Below, one piece after another: positions 13,845 to 27,335 of a stretch of DNA of 64,000 nucleotides; the stretch's first letter is position 1, and each line of letters starts with the position of its first letter. Origin of the DNA: Novakomyces olei (lineage: Eukaryota); NCBI GenBank assembly GCA_016906335.1, contig JADEYG010000001.1, forward strand, positions 248,001-312,000. Reading direction: 5' to 3'. A program made the translations under genes and the position numbers. Below the pieces are notes generated by a model. It worked only from the letters and a program-made list of their open reading frames with translations. It searched no databases and was not told where the DNA came from.

Positions 13845-16130
13845 AACAAAAAAGCAAAAAAGCAAAAAAGCAAAGAAGCAAAGAGGCCGAAAGGCAAAAG
13901 AAAGAACTAAAACTAAAGGGAACAGAGGGACCAAAAACACAAAGAACCAAAATGAAATAGCATAGAATGAAGCAAAAAGATAAGAACGAAAAATCAAAAA
14001 AGCAAAAAAGCAAAAAAGCAAAAAAGCAAAAAAGCAAAAAAGCAAAAGAGCATGAAAGCAAAAAAGCAAAAAAGCAAAAAAGCAAAAAAGCAAAAAAGCA
14101 AAAAAGCAAAAAAGCAAAAAAGCAAAAAAGCAAAAAAGCAAAAAAGCAAAAAAGCAAAAAAGCAAAGAGGCCGAAAGGCAAAAGAAAGAACTAAAACTAA
14201 AGGGAACAGGGGGACCAAAAACACAAAGAACCAAAATGAAATAGCAAAGAATGAAGCAAAAAGATAAGAACGAAAAAACAAAAAAGCAAAAAACAAAGAA
14301 GCAAAAAAGCAAACAAGCAAAAAAGCAAAAAAGCAAAAAAGCAAAAAAGCAAAGAGGCCGAAAGGCAAAAGAAAGAACTAAAACTTAAGGGAACAGGGGG
14401 ACCAAAAACACAAAGAACCAAAATGAAATAGCAAAGAATGAAGCAAAAAGATAAGAACGAAAAAACAAAAAAGCAAAAAACAAAGAAGCAAAAAAGCAAA
14501 CAAGCAAAAAAGCAAAAAACAAAGAAGCAAAAAAGCAAACAAGCAAAAAAGCAAAAAAGCAAAAAAGCAAAAAAGCAAAGAGGCCGAAAGGCAAAAGAAA
14601 GAACTAAAACTTAAGGGAACAGGGGGACCAAAAACACAAAGAACCAAAATGAAATAGCAAAGAATGAAGCAAAAAGATAAGAACGAAAAAACAAAAAAGC
14701 AAAAAACAAAGAAGCAAAAAAGCAAACAAGCAAAAAAGCAAAAAAGCAAAAAAGCAAAAAAGCAAAAAAGCAAAAAAGCAAAAAAGCAAAAAAGCAAAAA
14801 AGCAAAGAGGCCGAAAGGCAAAAGAAAGAACTAAAACTAAAGGGAACAGAGGGACCAAAAACACAAAGAACCAAAATGAAATAGCAAAGAAAGGAGCAAA
14901 AAGATAAGAACGAAAAAACAAAAAAGCAAAAAACAAAGAAGCAAAAAAGCAAACAAGCAAAAAAGCAAAAAAGCAAAAAAGCAAAAAAGCAAAGAGGCCG
15001 AAAGGCAAAAGAAAGAACTAAAACTAAAGGGAACAGGGGGACCAAAAACACAAAGAACCAAAATGAAATAGCAAAGAATGAAGCAAAAAGATAAGAACGA
15101 AAAAACAAAAAAGCAAAAAACAAAGAAGCAAAAAAGCAAACAAGCAAAAAAGCAAAAAAGCAAAAAAGCAAAAAAGCAAAAAAGCAAAAAAGCAAAAAAG
15201 CAAAAAAGCAAAAAAGCAAAAAAGCAAAAAAGCAAAAAAGCAAAGAGGCCGAAAGGCAAAAGAAAGAACTAAAACTAAAGGGAACAGAGGGACCAAAAAC
15301 ACAAAGAACCAAAATGAAATAGCAAAGAAAGGAGCAAAAAGATAAGAACGAAAAAACAAAAAAGCAAAAAACAAAGAAGCAAAAAAGCAAACAAGCAAAA
15401 AAGCAAAAAAGCAAAAAAGCAAAAAAGCAAAGAGGCCGAAAGGCAAAAGAAAGAACTAAAACTAAAGGGAACAGGGGGACCAAAAACACAAAGAACCAAA
15501 TGAAATAGCAAAGAATGAAGCAAAAAGATAAGAACGAAAAAACAAAAAAGCAAAAAACAAAGAAGCAAAAAAGCAAACAAGCAAAAAAGCAAAAAAGCAA
15601 AAAAGCAAAAAAGCAAAAAAGCAAAAAAGCAAAAAAGCAAAAAAGCAAAAAAGCAAAAAAGCAAAAAAGCAAAGAGGCCGAAAGGCAAAAGAAAGAACTA
15701 AAACTAAAGGGAACAGGGGGACCAAAAACACAAAGAACCAAAATGAAATAGCAAAGAATGAAGCAAAAAGATAAGAACGAAAAAACAAAAAAGCAAAAAA
15801 CAAAGAAGCAAAAAAGCAAACAAGCAAAAAAGCAAAAAAGCAAAAAAGCAAAAAAGCAAAAAAGCAAAAAAGCAAAAAAGCAAAAAAGCAAAAAAGCAAA
15901 AAAGCAAAAAAGCAAAAAAGCAAAAAAGCAAAAAAGCAAAAAAGCAAAAAAGCAAAAAAGCAAAAAAGCAAAAAAGCAAAAAAGCAAAAAAGCAAAGAAG
16001 CAAAGAAGCAAAGAAGCAAAAAATCGGAAAAGCAAAAAAGCGAAAAAGCAGAAAAGTAGAAAAGCAGAAAAGCAGAAAAGCAAAAGGCAAAGGGCTAAAA
16101 TTTCGAAGAAGCAAAAGAAAAAGAACTAAA
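13845..16130 (+). repeat. Compound satellite: ~190-290 bp unit made of a conserved core plus variable (GCAAAAAA)n
   Basis: Core GAGGCCGAAAGGCAAAAGAAAGAACTAAAAC...GATAAGAACG at ~13883, 14168, 14354, 14580, 14806, 14994, 15245, 15432 and 15674, plus a diverged copy near 16085. Confidence 0.95.
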
Positions 16131-18925
16131 ACCTAAGAAAACATGGGACATTTCAAAAAATCAAAATGAAAGAGTCAAGGAAATGTCAAAAAGGCAGGGA
16201 TGCAAAGAAGAAGCAAAAAAGTATACCAAAAAATTAAGACAAAGAAACAATATGAAAATAATAAAAACCAAAGCGAATAGGGGGGGAAGAATCAAAGGAT
16301 CGACAAAAGAACTCGAAAAAATCATGAACATAAGGCAGAGAAATAAAAATACGAAGAATTACAATGAAATATGTATCAGTACTAAATTAAAGTAAATAAA
16401 GACATGAAAAAAGCACTAAATTCAAGACATACAAAGAGGACAAACGCATAAAGACATCACAGTGCGATACGAGAATAATAATAAGAGCAAAAGTAAGATG
16501 CATTAGTTGAAGCAGCATCTGGAAACTTTGGTAAGGTACAGGAATCACCAACATGAATATTCGGTGCTGATAATGCGGGAGCACTTCCAGTCAATTCAAG
16601 ATTCTCGCATTATTTCGGAACAATTGGTGTATAAAAAAATGACAGGAAAAGAACATGATCCGAAAAAGCTGAAAATCGGATTTTTGAAAGAACTTAAAAG
16701 CATGTACAGGTAATATGCCAGATGGAACAGAAAACTTTTCACCAAGTTCAAGATAACAAGACTAAAACGGCAATGATCTATTGCTGTTTGTCAATTTAGG
16801 AAGCCAAAGAACAAAAAAAAAAAAAAAAAATACGAGAAAGAACGAATAGTCAACATGATCACTAAAATATATACGTTTATAACCAATTGTTCAGAGGAGA
16901 AACAATAAAGGTAATATACATTTGCGTTTTGTATTGAAAGATGATATGCTACGCAATAGTTTAAGCTTAGTATGGCATCCACTATCTACACTTAGTAATA
17001 TACGTTGAGCCATGCGGATCCATTCATTCTAAATTGATATATCTCTAACTTGAGCAAACGAGCAATTAATAATAAGATTCTTGAACAAATTATATCGTAG
17101 ATGAATTGCAATATATATGAAACCAAAATTTGAATAAAAAATAAATTCATTTTTCGCTTCTAAAGAGCTGCCAAGATATCACAGCAATAAAACAAACTTT
17201 AAATGAAACTTAGAGGTTAATTGCTCATGCCACAAAACACAAATTCAGTCCAAAAAGAAACTTACAATATTTCTATTTTATATATCATTTAATTTTAAAG
17301 AAAAAACACATGACCGCTTGTATTAATACATGATATAAATACATTTATTTGGTGCAGAGAAAATTAAAAATATAAACAAAACATTAACCACTTTCAGATA
17401 ATTGATTATATAACAAACCTTTCAATCAAATTTTCATTATTATTTGACATTCTAATCTGTATGTACTCTTGGATCTAAAATAAGCAGTAAATAGCCAGAG
17501 ATACTTTAGAAAATATAGCACATGTTGGTTGGTGTCGGTGCTACCCTTTAGTCTCGTAATTGTTTCATTAATGGCCATTGATAATTGGGAGATATCTGGT
17601 GTTTAATGTAATTGAGTGCGGCATTGATGTAAAACAAAACATCCGCGTACACATGTGGACAGAATAGAATGTCAAAAAATTTTTTATTGTGAGACTCACA
17701 TGTAAATGATATAGTAGGAATATATACAGTGAAATAAAGTATTACCAACCAAACTATTTGATTGAAAGCTAAGGGCGCAATTTCCGAGAATATATACAAC
17801 GTAAAATTCATGAGCATCAAAGAGAAGTAATCTTCTCGCATGTTCATGGGATGTTGGCAGTGTAGGTTACCTGTTGACGTGTTAAAGCAAAATGAAATTA
17901 ACAAAAACTACTAAAAAAATAATATAGCCGTTTCAAGGTAAATTGGTTTCAGACCGCAAAATAACAGACAACAACCAAAAATCTTAGGAGTCTACTGAAC
18001 ATGGGGATGGCTTATTTTAAGTCTAATATGAAATCATTCGAAAAACACTTTAGCTACGATGAACGAAATCACAAAGTTTTACATAAACAAGGAGTTTAGA
18101 GCAAGAAAAAATATTTTAAGCTGAAGAATATGCCGGACATAGTCAGTTCATAGCAACATATGTGAAATACTACCATGCAGCTCAAGGTTTTAAGTCCAAT
18201 AAAGTGCTGGCTGAGCCAGAGTATCATCTACTCTTTTCATAATAGTTGGTAGAATACTGACGTGATTCTGATACGGAGAAATTAGCTCTAATAAACCAAA
18301 TTTCAGCACTTCAAGTTTAATGTATTTTAAATGTATCATTTTTTGTTCATTTTTGAAAAGCAAATTATTATTTTATCTATATAAAATATTAAAAAATTAA
18401 TTAAAAACCCATGGAAAATTTGATGGTTAGAAAGATTCTCAAATATAAGCCTCACATGATTCTTGAGACCATACGGAAGACGCAAAATCCTAATTCAGTA
18501 AATATTACATAAGTATCGTACCCCGCTGTTTAAACAAGATAAGCTTACTATCCCACTATTGAACCGTTTTGTAAGTAACCACTTAAAAGAAGCGTACTTC
18601 TTTAACGGACATTATTATTCTGCCTAATCGGATTCTATTTGTTTATGTTGAGAGATTGTCTCTATAACTTATATTTATTATTATCTCTTTGAAATATTTC
18701 TGTCTTTACATGTATAATTCAGTCTTCAAGTTCTCCAAATTTTGTATTCTGTCTTTACAAGATCTATTGTTGAATAACTTCCCAATCGCGCCTCTGACTG
18801 AGTTTTGGGAGATCTTCCACAGTCTGATAATTAATATCAACCATTCAAACTTCAAAACAACCTCAATAATTCAACACTATACACGTTATGAAAATATCAA
18901 GACTAGTTTTTATTAAGAAGAAATT

Positions 18926-21900
18926 TGTAGAAATTTAATTTGGCTTGTTGTAGAGAATAGTGTTGTATCTCCTTTTAGCTACTTTTCTAAGTCTACTGAC
19001 GCTGTACTATATAGTTTCTTTGGTTCCAGCCACCGAGTTACACTTTGGTAGCGCAAGCCTCTTTGTACTCAGTTTCAGCCACTCCAGCCACTCCAGCCAC
19101 TCCAGCCACTCCAGCCACTCCAGCCACTCCAGCCACTCCAGCCACTCCAGCCACTCCAGCCACTCCAGCCACTCCAGCCACTCCAGCCACTCCAGCCACT
19201 CCAGCCACTCCAGCCACTCCAGCCATTCCTCCTCTTTTCTGTAGCCGGCCTTCCTGTTCTTTTTCTGTGACGTCCAAGCTTGACATATTCCTATACTCCC
19301 TCTCAAGCTTGTTGTCGTCACTCTCACGTGTTTCGCCTTTAAGTATCTTTTGTTGTAGGTAGTTAAATATTTTTTTGCACAAGGGCTTTGTAAGTATATC
19401 CGCCACTTGTTCTTTTGTGGAAATATAGTCCATAATAATTCTGCCCTTCTCAGTAAGGTCCCGTAAAAACATGAAGCGCACATCCAGGTGTTTTAAGCGT
19501 CTCATAGGGCTCGCTTTGTGTGATACGTAAATTGCGCTGTTATTGTCCGAGCACACTCTTAGGGGGTGGTCCAAATTAAGTATTTCTTTGACCAGATTTT
19601 TTATTCCCAGTCCCGTTACAATTGCAGAGCACGCACTGACATATTCTGCTTCGCATGTTGATAATGCAATAATTTTTTGTTTTGAGGAACTCCAGCGAAT
19701 TAGCGATGTTCCTAAAAACATTGCCATTCCTGATGTGGAGTGTCTGTCAGATGCTTCGCTAGCGTAATCGGCGTCACAATAAATCGTAAGGGTGCAAGGG
19801 ACAGTGTTGCTTTGGTATTCGATTCCAAGTTCCTTCGTGTCTCTTAAGTAAGTTGTAATTTGTTTAATTAGTTCCAGACATTCGGTAGTTGGGTTTTCTT
19901 GAAATCTTGCAGCGTGAGATACGGCAAATGCTATGTCTGGTCTTGTGCATCTGCTTATCCATAGTAGCATTCCAACGCATTTTCGGTATTCCGTCTGCTC
20001 AATCGGTTTTCCATTTAACACAACGTAATTTTTAATTGGCGTCTTTTTTCTTGGTGTATCTTGACAGTTAATTTCTTTTACAGCCTTTGAAATGGCAGCT
20101 TTTTGGGTAATTTTCATGTTGCCGATTTTTCTGTCATAACTGAATTCCATACCAAGGAATTGGTGAATTTGTCCAAGGTCTTTAATTTTAAAAGCCTGCC
20201 CGAGTTTTGTTTTCGTGTTATCGATTTCGTACATTTCTTCACCAATAATAATTATATCGTCAACATAAATTAACAAAAACGAATTTCGTTTTGCATTGTG
20301 TAAAATGCAGTTTTCTGTTGTGGATTCCAAAAATCCTAAAGCTGATAATGTTGTAAATAATTTTTTGTACCAGCATCTCGGGGCCTGCTTTAGTCCATAA
20401 AGTGACCGTAGTAGTTTGCAAACTCTTCCGGTTCCATCATCAAAGCCTTCGGGCTGTCTCATAAAGACACATTCTTCCAGGTCTCCATTTAGAAACGCCG
20501 TTGTTACGTCCATTTGATGGATATGCCATTTCTTTGAAACGGCAAAGGCAAGAAGTGTGCGTAGTGATTCAAGGGCCATAGTTGGTGCGTAAGTTGCCTG
20601 ATAATCAATACCCTCGCGTTGCGAAAATCCCTTTGCAACCAGCCTTGCTCTATATCGTTCAACTTCTCCTTGATTATTGGCTTTCGCTTGAAAAACCCAC
20701 CGGTTTCCAATTATATTAGCTCCCTCTGGAGCATGTACCAATTTCCACGCATTGTTTTCCTTCATTGCATTTAATTCAGTCTCCATAGCCTCTTCCCATT
20801 CCCGAGCGTGCAAACTGTTGCGCGCCTGCTTTGTATTGTTTGGCTCTATAATTTCATTTATTGCCACATGCGCTCTATCATAAATTCCTGGAGCATGACG
20901 AATTCTGGTTGAGCGTCTGATTCCGTCGTTTGAAATGGTTGTTCCTAATTCTTGTGTATCATTCTGCTGCTGTGTTTCGTGATTGTCCTGATTTTCGTCC
21001 TCTAGTATATCGTCATTAACATTAATTGAGTCAGTCGTGTCTTGAAAAAATTGCTCCGAGTCTTCTGACGTGCCATCTGATGAGGTGATACATTCTTCCT
21101 CATTTTCATCAGAATTAGAAGAATATTCGGGTGTTTGTTCAGTTTGTAAATTTTCTGAGACAAATATATTTCCTCCTCCCATAGTTAAAGGCATTTCTCT
21201 TCTCTCTAAATTCTTTTCTTGTTTGTTTGCGTCATAAAATTCAGATTCATTAAATACCACATCACGCGAAATAACCACTTTTCTCGTCAAAGGGTTCCAT
21301 AGTCGATAAGCCTTGGCATTTGTTTGGTAGCCAACAAATACATGTGGTTCACTACGAGTGTCGAGTTTTTTAATTCCTCCTTGTTTTTTCAAGACAAAGG
21401 CTTTGCATCCAAATACCCTTAAGTGGTCTAGTATCGGAGCCTTGTCAAATACCATTTCGTAGGGCGTGTAGTCGTTAATTCTCGTCGGGCTACGATTTTT
21501 AATGTATACACAAGCGTTTACTGCTTCGTCCCACAAGTATTCGGGGACGTTTCTTTCACTCATTGTAGCCCTGACTCTGTTGAGTATTGTTCTGTTTGCC
21601 CTTTCTGCAACACCATTTTGTTGTGGAGTGTAGGGCGCAGTCAGTTCGTGAATAATTCCCTTTTCTTGCATGTAGGATTTAAGAGCTTGATTAACAAATT
21701 CTCCCCCGTTGTCGCTTCGAATTCTTTTGACAGATATTCCAAACTGAGTTTTAATCAAATTAACCAAATTTTGTATGCAATTGTTAACGTCAAATTTATT
21801 GGCGATTGTGAATAAAAATGTATATCCGGTTAAATCATCAATCAACGTAACAAAGTAACATTTCCCTGAAGCTGAAACTGGAAATGGTCCACATACATCA

Positions 21901-23665
21901 CTGTGCAGTAATTCAAACTTTGTTTCTGCTCTTAGGCGTCCTTCTGGAAATGGTTGGCGTGCCATTTTTCCTTTGATACAACTTTCGCATTTAACTTTTA
22001 TATTTGTCTTGTCAAGGTCTTGTTGTATTTTTCCTGCTCCAAGGCCTTTAGCGAGTTTTATCATATAATTTTCGTTCAAGTGCATTAAGCGGTCGTGCCA
22101 TAATTTTTGTTTCTCAGGAACACTTATCGCAAGAGCTTTGTTTTCTGCAATATAACCAATTTGTTTTGTCCGAAGGGGATAAAGGTTATTTTCTTTCTCA
22201 AATGTTTCAAGCACTTCTTTATTCTGTGTCTTAAACAGTGTAGCTTTTCCATTATCAAATGTGACAGAAATTAATTCTGTGTCTAATGCGCCAAGTGAAA
22301 TTAAATTGTACCCCAGTTGGGGAACCCACAGCACATTTTTCAAAATAAGTTGTTTGTTTTGGGACGTCGTAAGTGAATATCCCCACTGCCCAGTACTCTC
22401 AACTTTTCTTTTCCGGCAGCTATGACAAAATGATTTTCATGGCTATTGTATTTTTTAAAATTGGTTAAGCCGGTTTTATTATAAGTCATGTGTTGCGACG
22501 CACCACAATCGAGAATCCAATTTTTATTAATGGTGTTTGGTGTAATGGCATTAATAAAGGCATCCTGATAAAATTGTTCACCGAGTTTATTACTATTCAT
22601 CTGGTTTGTTGTTTTAGGACAATTATTTTTAAAATGGCCCTTTGCTCCACAGACAAAACAAGTATTATTTTTAAGTCTGCAGCGTTCCTCTGTATGGCCT
22701 CTTTTTTTGCAGTAATGACAAGTAGAGGCGCGGAACGTTGTCAGCGCAGTTTCGGCGCTTTCGCCGTGGCTTTGCGTAGCTTCAACGACAATTTCTTGTA
22801 TATCCTTCAGAAGGACTTTTTTTTGCTCGTTCCCAAACACGAATTTCCGAATTCAAAGAGTTGCAATTTCGTATCATGTTGAGATAAATTTGGAGACTTT
22901 CCTCTTGACAAAGGTCGTTTCGCAGCTCTCCCAAGCTGGTGACCAGACTATTAAATTTTGTGTGGAGTCCTGCCACCTCCCCCAAGCTCTGTGCTTTTAG
23001 TCCATACAGCTCGCTACTGACTTGGACTAAAAGGCGGTATTTTCGTTCCTGAAATGCGTTGCTGACATTTGCCAACAGAATTTCCGGATTTGGCGCCTTT
23101 TGGCACAGGTCGTCAAGTACTGGCACAGAGATAGCTTCCTTTAGTGTAAGCAGAAGTATGGCCATCGTTGACTGGTAAGCCACATCCTCGGTCGCAGCTT
23201 TTTCTCCCTTGTAATCGGGCATGACGTGCTGAAGCCCGTACGTGGTCAACACCTCCGACAATTTCTGTTTCCATTGGGGAAACTCGATTAAATTCCCCAA
23301 TCGCGGAATTGCGAGGTACGGCAGGTCTGCCTGCCCGTGGAGCTTGAGTGATATCCCGAGTTTGCTCATATTGACTGAACTCAGACTCTTAATCTGTAGT
23401 AATTTAATTTGGCTTGTTGTAGAGAATAGTGTTGTATCTCCTTTTAGCTACTTTTCTAAGTCTACTGACGCTGTACTATATAGTTTCTTTGGTTCCAGCC
23501 ACCGAGTTACACTTTGGTAGCGCAAGCCTCTTTGTACTCAGTTCCAGCCACTCCAGCCACTCCAGCCACTCCAGCCACTCCAGCCACTCCAGCCATTCCT
23601 CCTCTTTTCTGTAGCCAGCCTTCCTGTTCTTTTTCTGTGACGTCCAAGCTTGACATATTCCTATA
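18926..23665 (-). mobile_element. Full-length Ty1/copia retrotransposon, family A1
   Basis: LTRs 18926-19295 and 23395-23665; PBS 23381-23394; PPT GAGAGGGAG. Two CCHC knuckles, PR (ILDCGAS), GAG-pre-integrase/IN (WHDRLMH, HSDVCGP, RSDNGGEF), RT (SLYGLKQAPR, YVDD) and RNase H (ADILTKPL). No TSD seen. Confidence 0.95.
19038..23369 (-). CDS. gag-pol polyprotein of copia A1, with two homopolymer frameshifts
   Basis: ORFs 22782-23369, 22340-22840 and 19038-22343 are collinear with the single ORF of family A2. Pol reads into the 3' LTR, giving an (AGV)n tail. Confidence 0.85.
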
Positions 23666-24047
23666 GACTAAAGCACCTTGATGTACGATATATGTTTTTG
23701 CGCAATTTAACGGAAAACGGCACAGTAATTGTTGATTATATATCTACAAAAGAACAGCTTGCGGATATTTTAACAAAGCCTTTGTGTAAAAAGATTTTTA
23801 TACATTTGCGACAAAAACTGGTGAAAGGGGACTCTAGAATTGAATCATTACAAGCTTGAGAGGGAGTATAGGAAAGTATATCAAGCTTGTGCAGCAGCTG
23901 ATTACTTAGAAAAAAAAATGAAGTTTACCCTGGTAATTGTGACTGTCATTGAGAAGACTATAAATAGATCTAGATAGAACTATGTTGGCTAACAAAATTG
24001 AATACAACACGTTTCAAATTAACACGTTCGAAATTATAGATTCAACA
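23666..24047 (+). mobile_element. Truncated copia A2 fragment (RNase H end, PPT, 3' LTR 23867-24047)
   Basis: Near-identical to the reverse complement of 29113-29494 (RLKHLDVRYMFLR...ESLQA). Confidence 0.9.
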
Positions 24048-26678
24048 ATTATTTGACACGACTGTTTCTTCATCGCAGCTGGCGAGTTTTTCGGGTACGC
24101 TTTCGTCATAATTGTCAGAAACGCTGGCGCTCTGTGTTGAATCCAAGGTTTCTGTAGGAAGACTTTCGTTATTTTCGCTGTTAAATTCTTTTTCGTTTTC
24201 GTTTTCGTTATCAGTATGATTTTCGATAAATCCATCATCACGAACAATATTATGTTCATTGTATTCCAAATTTCTTGACAGTAATAAAATCCCTCCACTA
24301 AACAACAAACTCCCTCTTTTATCATCATGTGTGGAATATTGTCTTAATTCTTCCAATGAGAAATATTCATTTTCCAAGAAGTTATCATCCCTGGAGATAA
24401 TTATTTTGTTGTTCACAGGATTTCATAATCGAAAGGATTTTGCATTCGACTGATAACCGACCATAGCATATTTTTCTCCCCTGACAATTAATTTGTTTGG
24501 CCTGTCGGGCTTGGGTTTCGTATAAACAATACGACCAAAAACTCTCAAATGGTCCACTTGTGGTACATTTCCGTAAACCATCTCGTAAGGAGTGCGTCCG
24601 TGAACTCGCGTTGGAACACGATTTTTTATGTGAACACTTGTGCGAACTGCTTCAGGCGAAAGGCATTTTGGAAGATTACTGCCGATAAGAGCGGTTCGGG
24701 CTTTGTCTAAAATTGTTCTGTTCGCGCGTTCAGCAACACCGTTTTGCTGAGGTGTATGCGGAACAGTTGTCTCAGCATTAATGCCTTTGTCTGTATAAAA
24801 TTGTTTGAGCTCGTTATTGACAAATTCACCGCCATTGTCAGTTCGAATAATTATTACTCGCTTGTTAAACTAAATTGACAACCGTTTTCACGAGTTGACA
24901 CACTTCGCTTTTATTTAGAATAAAATATACGAACGTATAATCCGAGTAATTGTCGATAAAAGTCAAGAAGTACCGCAATTTCTTTTGTGAACTCACACGA
25001 ACTTCACACACATCACTGTGAATTCGTTCGAAAAAACTTGTAGCGCGGTCGTGGCCTTTTTCAAATCGTAGACGCGTAAATTTTCCCTGTGCGCATTCGT
25101 GACACGAAAATGTCGCCGGAATTTTAAGGTCATTCAATTTTCCATTCGCACATCCGTTAATTAATTTTGATAGATCGTGTAAAGACCTCGTTTAATTTTT
25201 CCTGTCGTAATAATACTTCTGTTTGCTCTATCAATTATTTTAACTGAATCTTCGGCGGTAAAACAGACATCAATTTTTTCTCGACCTAGTTTTCGAATCG
25301 ATAGCAAGTTAAATTCAAGTTCAGGAACCCACAGTGTTTCTTTCAAGTCAAGAACGATATTTGGCCCCAGTTGAATACTCGCCGTTCCAAATGCTTTGGC
25401 AAGCGTTGTATCACCAGCAACGGTTTTTATATTAATGTTGCATGGATGCAGAGTACCTTTAACATTGCTTTATTAAATGTGATGTGTTCTGTTGCTCCGC
25501 TGTCTAGTATCCATTCATTGGATTTAATATTATCGATACTCATAAGAAACGCACTGAAGTATGGTTGAACAATATTATTATTATTAAACTCCTTTTTGTT
25601 GCATGTTGCAACACGATGACTAGGCTTCCCACATCTGAGGCATTTATTCTGTTTTCTCCAGCACACGTCTTCCGTATGTCCAGATTTATTACAGAACTTG
25701 CGATTCATATTGGACGTCGCAACGTTTGCAGTTGCAATGTTTGCAGCTGCCTTAACACATTTTCGCGCAAATGACTGGACCCAAAACATTGCTTCTGCCA
25801 AACTCATCTTTATACATTCCTCTGGGGAACGTTGAGAGACAAAAGACTTGATTCCAGCACAATTCTCAATCGCATTAAAATATGCTGTGACAAAGAACTT
25901 TTCCAAATTTCCATAGTCGCGTGACATGGAATCAAACGTAAGGGGAAGTTGGTCGGAACTTAGCATTTTTGTGTGAAACGACATAAAGCAATTGGCCAAA
26001 TTTGTAAAGTTATTGTTGAAAGTGGTGATGTTTTCGGGATCTTCCAGCTTTAATGAGGCTAGCTCGGCCGCTGTTTGAAAGACATAAGATGTAATATCTT
26101 TCTCAATAACCACTTCGATCTCCAGGAGAAGCTCTGTAGGACTGCGATATGCGCTATTGACGTTAAGGCAAGTATTCCTCCGTGGCGTTCCCAAGTTCGT
26201 CTTGCAGGGCGACAAGAAATACTTTCGTCTCTTCGTTACCGGCGATTTCGAGGTTTTCGGGCTTTTCTTTGAATGGCACAACTTTCGACAAATGCCAACA
26301 ATTCAAAAGGCGCTACAGTTCTCCCTTCCAAGATGAATAGTAAATCAACCCTTTAAGCTGGGGAATTTTGATTATTGGTTGCTCTCTCAAGGTAACGACT
26401 TTCATTTTGTTCTCCGCCGGATTTTCAACTTGTTCCATTTCAGACTCTTAATCTGTAGTTGTGAGCAATTTATGATTATTAATATTGTTAGTTAATTTGT
26501 TGTTCGACTATTTATTTATAGACGTTTCCCCCACTGTGGCTTAAATGTATTTATCAGAGTAGTTTGAGAATGTGCCAAGAGTAGTTTGGGAATGTGCCAA
26601 GAGTAGCTTGGGAGTGTGCAGAGAGTGCGATAAGAAAATTGAGTAGGTTGGCACCCAATCAGAAAACATTTTACAACA
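24048..26678 (-). mobile_element. Degenerate, 3'-truncated copia element, family C (gag-PR-IN)
   Basis: 5' LTR 26454-26678 (TG..CA); PBS 26440-26453; CCHC knuckles, WILDSGAT, HSDVC and TPQQNGVAERANR, with stops and frameshifts. Confidence 0.85.
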
Positions 26679-26699
26679 GACTGCTCACCAAATAAACAT

Positions 26700-27335
26700 C
26701 TACATAATGTTTTTACGGGACCTTACTGAGAACGGCAGAGTTATTACCGACTACATTTCTACAAAAGAGCATGTGGCGGATATACTACTAACAAGCCCTT
26801 TATGCATAAAGATATTTAACTACCTACAACAAAAGATACTTAAAGGCGAAACACGTGAAAAGTGACGACAGCAAGCTTGAGATGAGTATAGGAATAAGTC
26901 AAACTTGAACGTCACAAAGAAAGAACACGATGGCTGGTTACGAAAAAATGGAGGAAAGGCTAAAATAGCCGTAATAGCTAAAATGTAGTTGTTTATTCTT
27001 GACTAAATTAGTGGTCAACTACTCTATTTATAGACGTTTCCCACACTGTGGCTTAGATTTATTTATCAGAGTGGCTTCATCAGAGTGGCTTGGGAATGTG
27101 TCAAGAATACCGAAAAAAAATTGAGTAGGTTGGCAGCCAATCAGAAACATTACAACATAAAATTGCTGGAAGGGCTGCAATGATAGGAACTAAGTACAAG
27201 AGGCTTGGGTTGTCAAAGTGTGACTCAGAAGCCGGAATCAAAGAAACTATATAGTTGAGCGCTGGTAGACTTAGAAAAGTAGCTAAAAGAGATAAAACCT
27301 TTTTCTCTATCACAAGCCAATTAAAAATTCCTACA
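26700..27335 (+). mobile_element. Diverged A1-like RNase H end and LTR (26887-27335), interrupted by a family C solo LTR
   Basis: Resembles the reverse complement of 18926-19490. Confidence 0.8.
26984..27157 (-). mobile_element. Solo LTR, family C
   Basis: TG..CA, TSD TAAAA on both sides; similar to 26454-26678. Confidence 0.85.

Noticed and set aside
13883-15790. CRISPR-like repeat-spacer appearance
   Set aside because: Eukaryotic context; the 'spacers' are the same 8-mer microsatellite, and there are no cas genes.
13697-16129. Many Phe/Leu/Cys-rich and Lys-rich ORFs up to 490 aa
   Set aside because: Artefacts of translating the stop-poor satellite.
22340-22830. Programmed frameshifts in copia A1
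   Set aside because: Both lie in A homopolymers, compensate each other, and sister family A2 is a single ORF across them; likely indels or sequencing errors.
23381-23396. tRNA-Lys gene
   Set aside because: Only the anticodon arm is present; it is a primer-binding site.
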